A stretch of DNA of 64,000 nt from Eukaryota sp. TZLM1-RC (taxonomy: Eukaryota > Protista > Metamonada: BaSk clade): assembly GCA_040285825.1 (NCBI GenBank), contig JAUPSS010000007.1:1388501-1452500 (forward strand). Direction: 5' to 3'. The notes under the pieces were generated by a model, which was not told the origin of the DNA, ran no database searches, and worked only from the letters and a program-made list of their open reading frames with translations. A program made the translations under genes and the position numbers. This document shows positions 63,726-64,000 of the stretch, piece after piece (position 1 is the first letter of the stretch; the number at the start of each line of letters is the position of its first letter).

Positions 63726-64000
63726 CTTCTTGGCTATCAAAAATTATTCTCGATACAAAGGCTCTTGAAAGGAAGTGACACGATATCATTAACACAGTAA
63801 TTAAATTTGGTCTCCGAAATTAATATGTATAGTACTTCCGAATGTCATGACATATTTAAAGTTCAACATCTGAGTAAACAAATGTAACAATAAACAATGA
63901 TTTTTTCACTCAAAGGGTCTTTGCTGAAGGAAACACTGCCCTTAATAGAAGTCTGATGGCGGAAGTGATGAATATTGAAACTTAACTAATGATTCTGAAG

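Overview
AT-rich, intron-poor eukaryotic DNA, probably from a flagellated protist (centriolin-like gene, 31-nt GT-AG intron, standard code). About half of the window is mobile-element debris. Host genes: a RING-kinase-multipass membrane gene (intact copy, inverted near-copy, 3' fragment), two paralogous orphan membrane genes, a CaMKK-like kinase, an RCC1-like/LRR chimera with a 15x84-bp LRR array, and a centriolin-like LRR/coiled-coil gene with 687-bp and 252-bp repeats. Mobile DNA: at least five divergent CRE-clade (RT + CCHC + RLE) non-LTR families, mostly 5'-truncated and nested in each other with readable TSDs; a 227-bp MITE with a 6-bp TSD; and a Ty3/Gypsy lineage (full-length element, gag-only derivative, solo LTR, integrase fragment) with 106-189-bp LTRs, 4-bp TSDs, a start codon inside the LTR and no visible tRNA primer site. 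Top candidate for a new system: a degenerate Fanzor (eukaryotic TnpB/RuvC) gene at 40765-41971, joined to a Gypsy integrase/chromodomain fragment and followed at once by a ~340-nt highly structured RNA with G-U pairs and GNRA loops (candidate large omega-RNA). All homology calls come from motif recognition by eye; no searches were run. Family labels A-E are my own.
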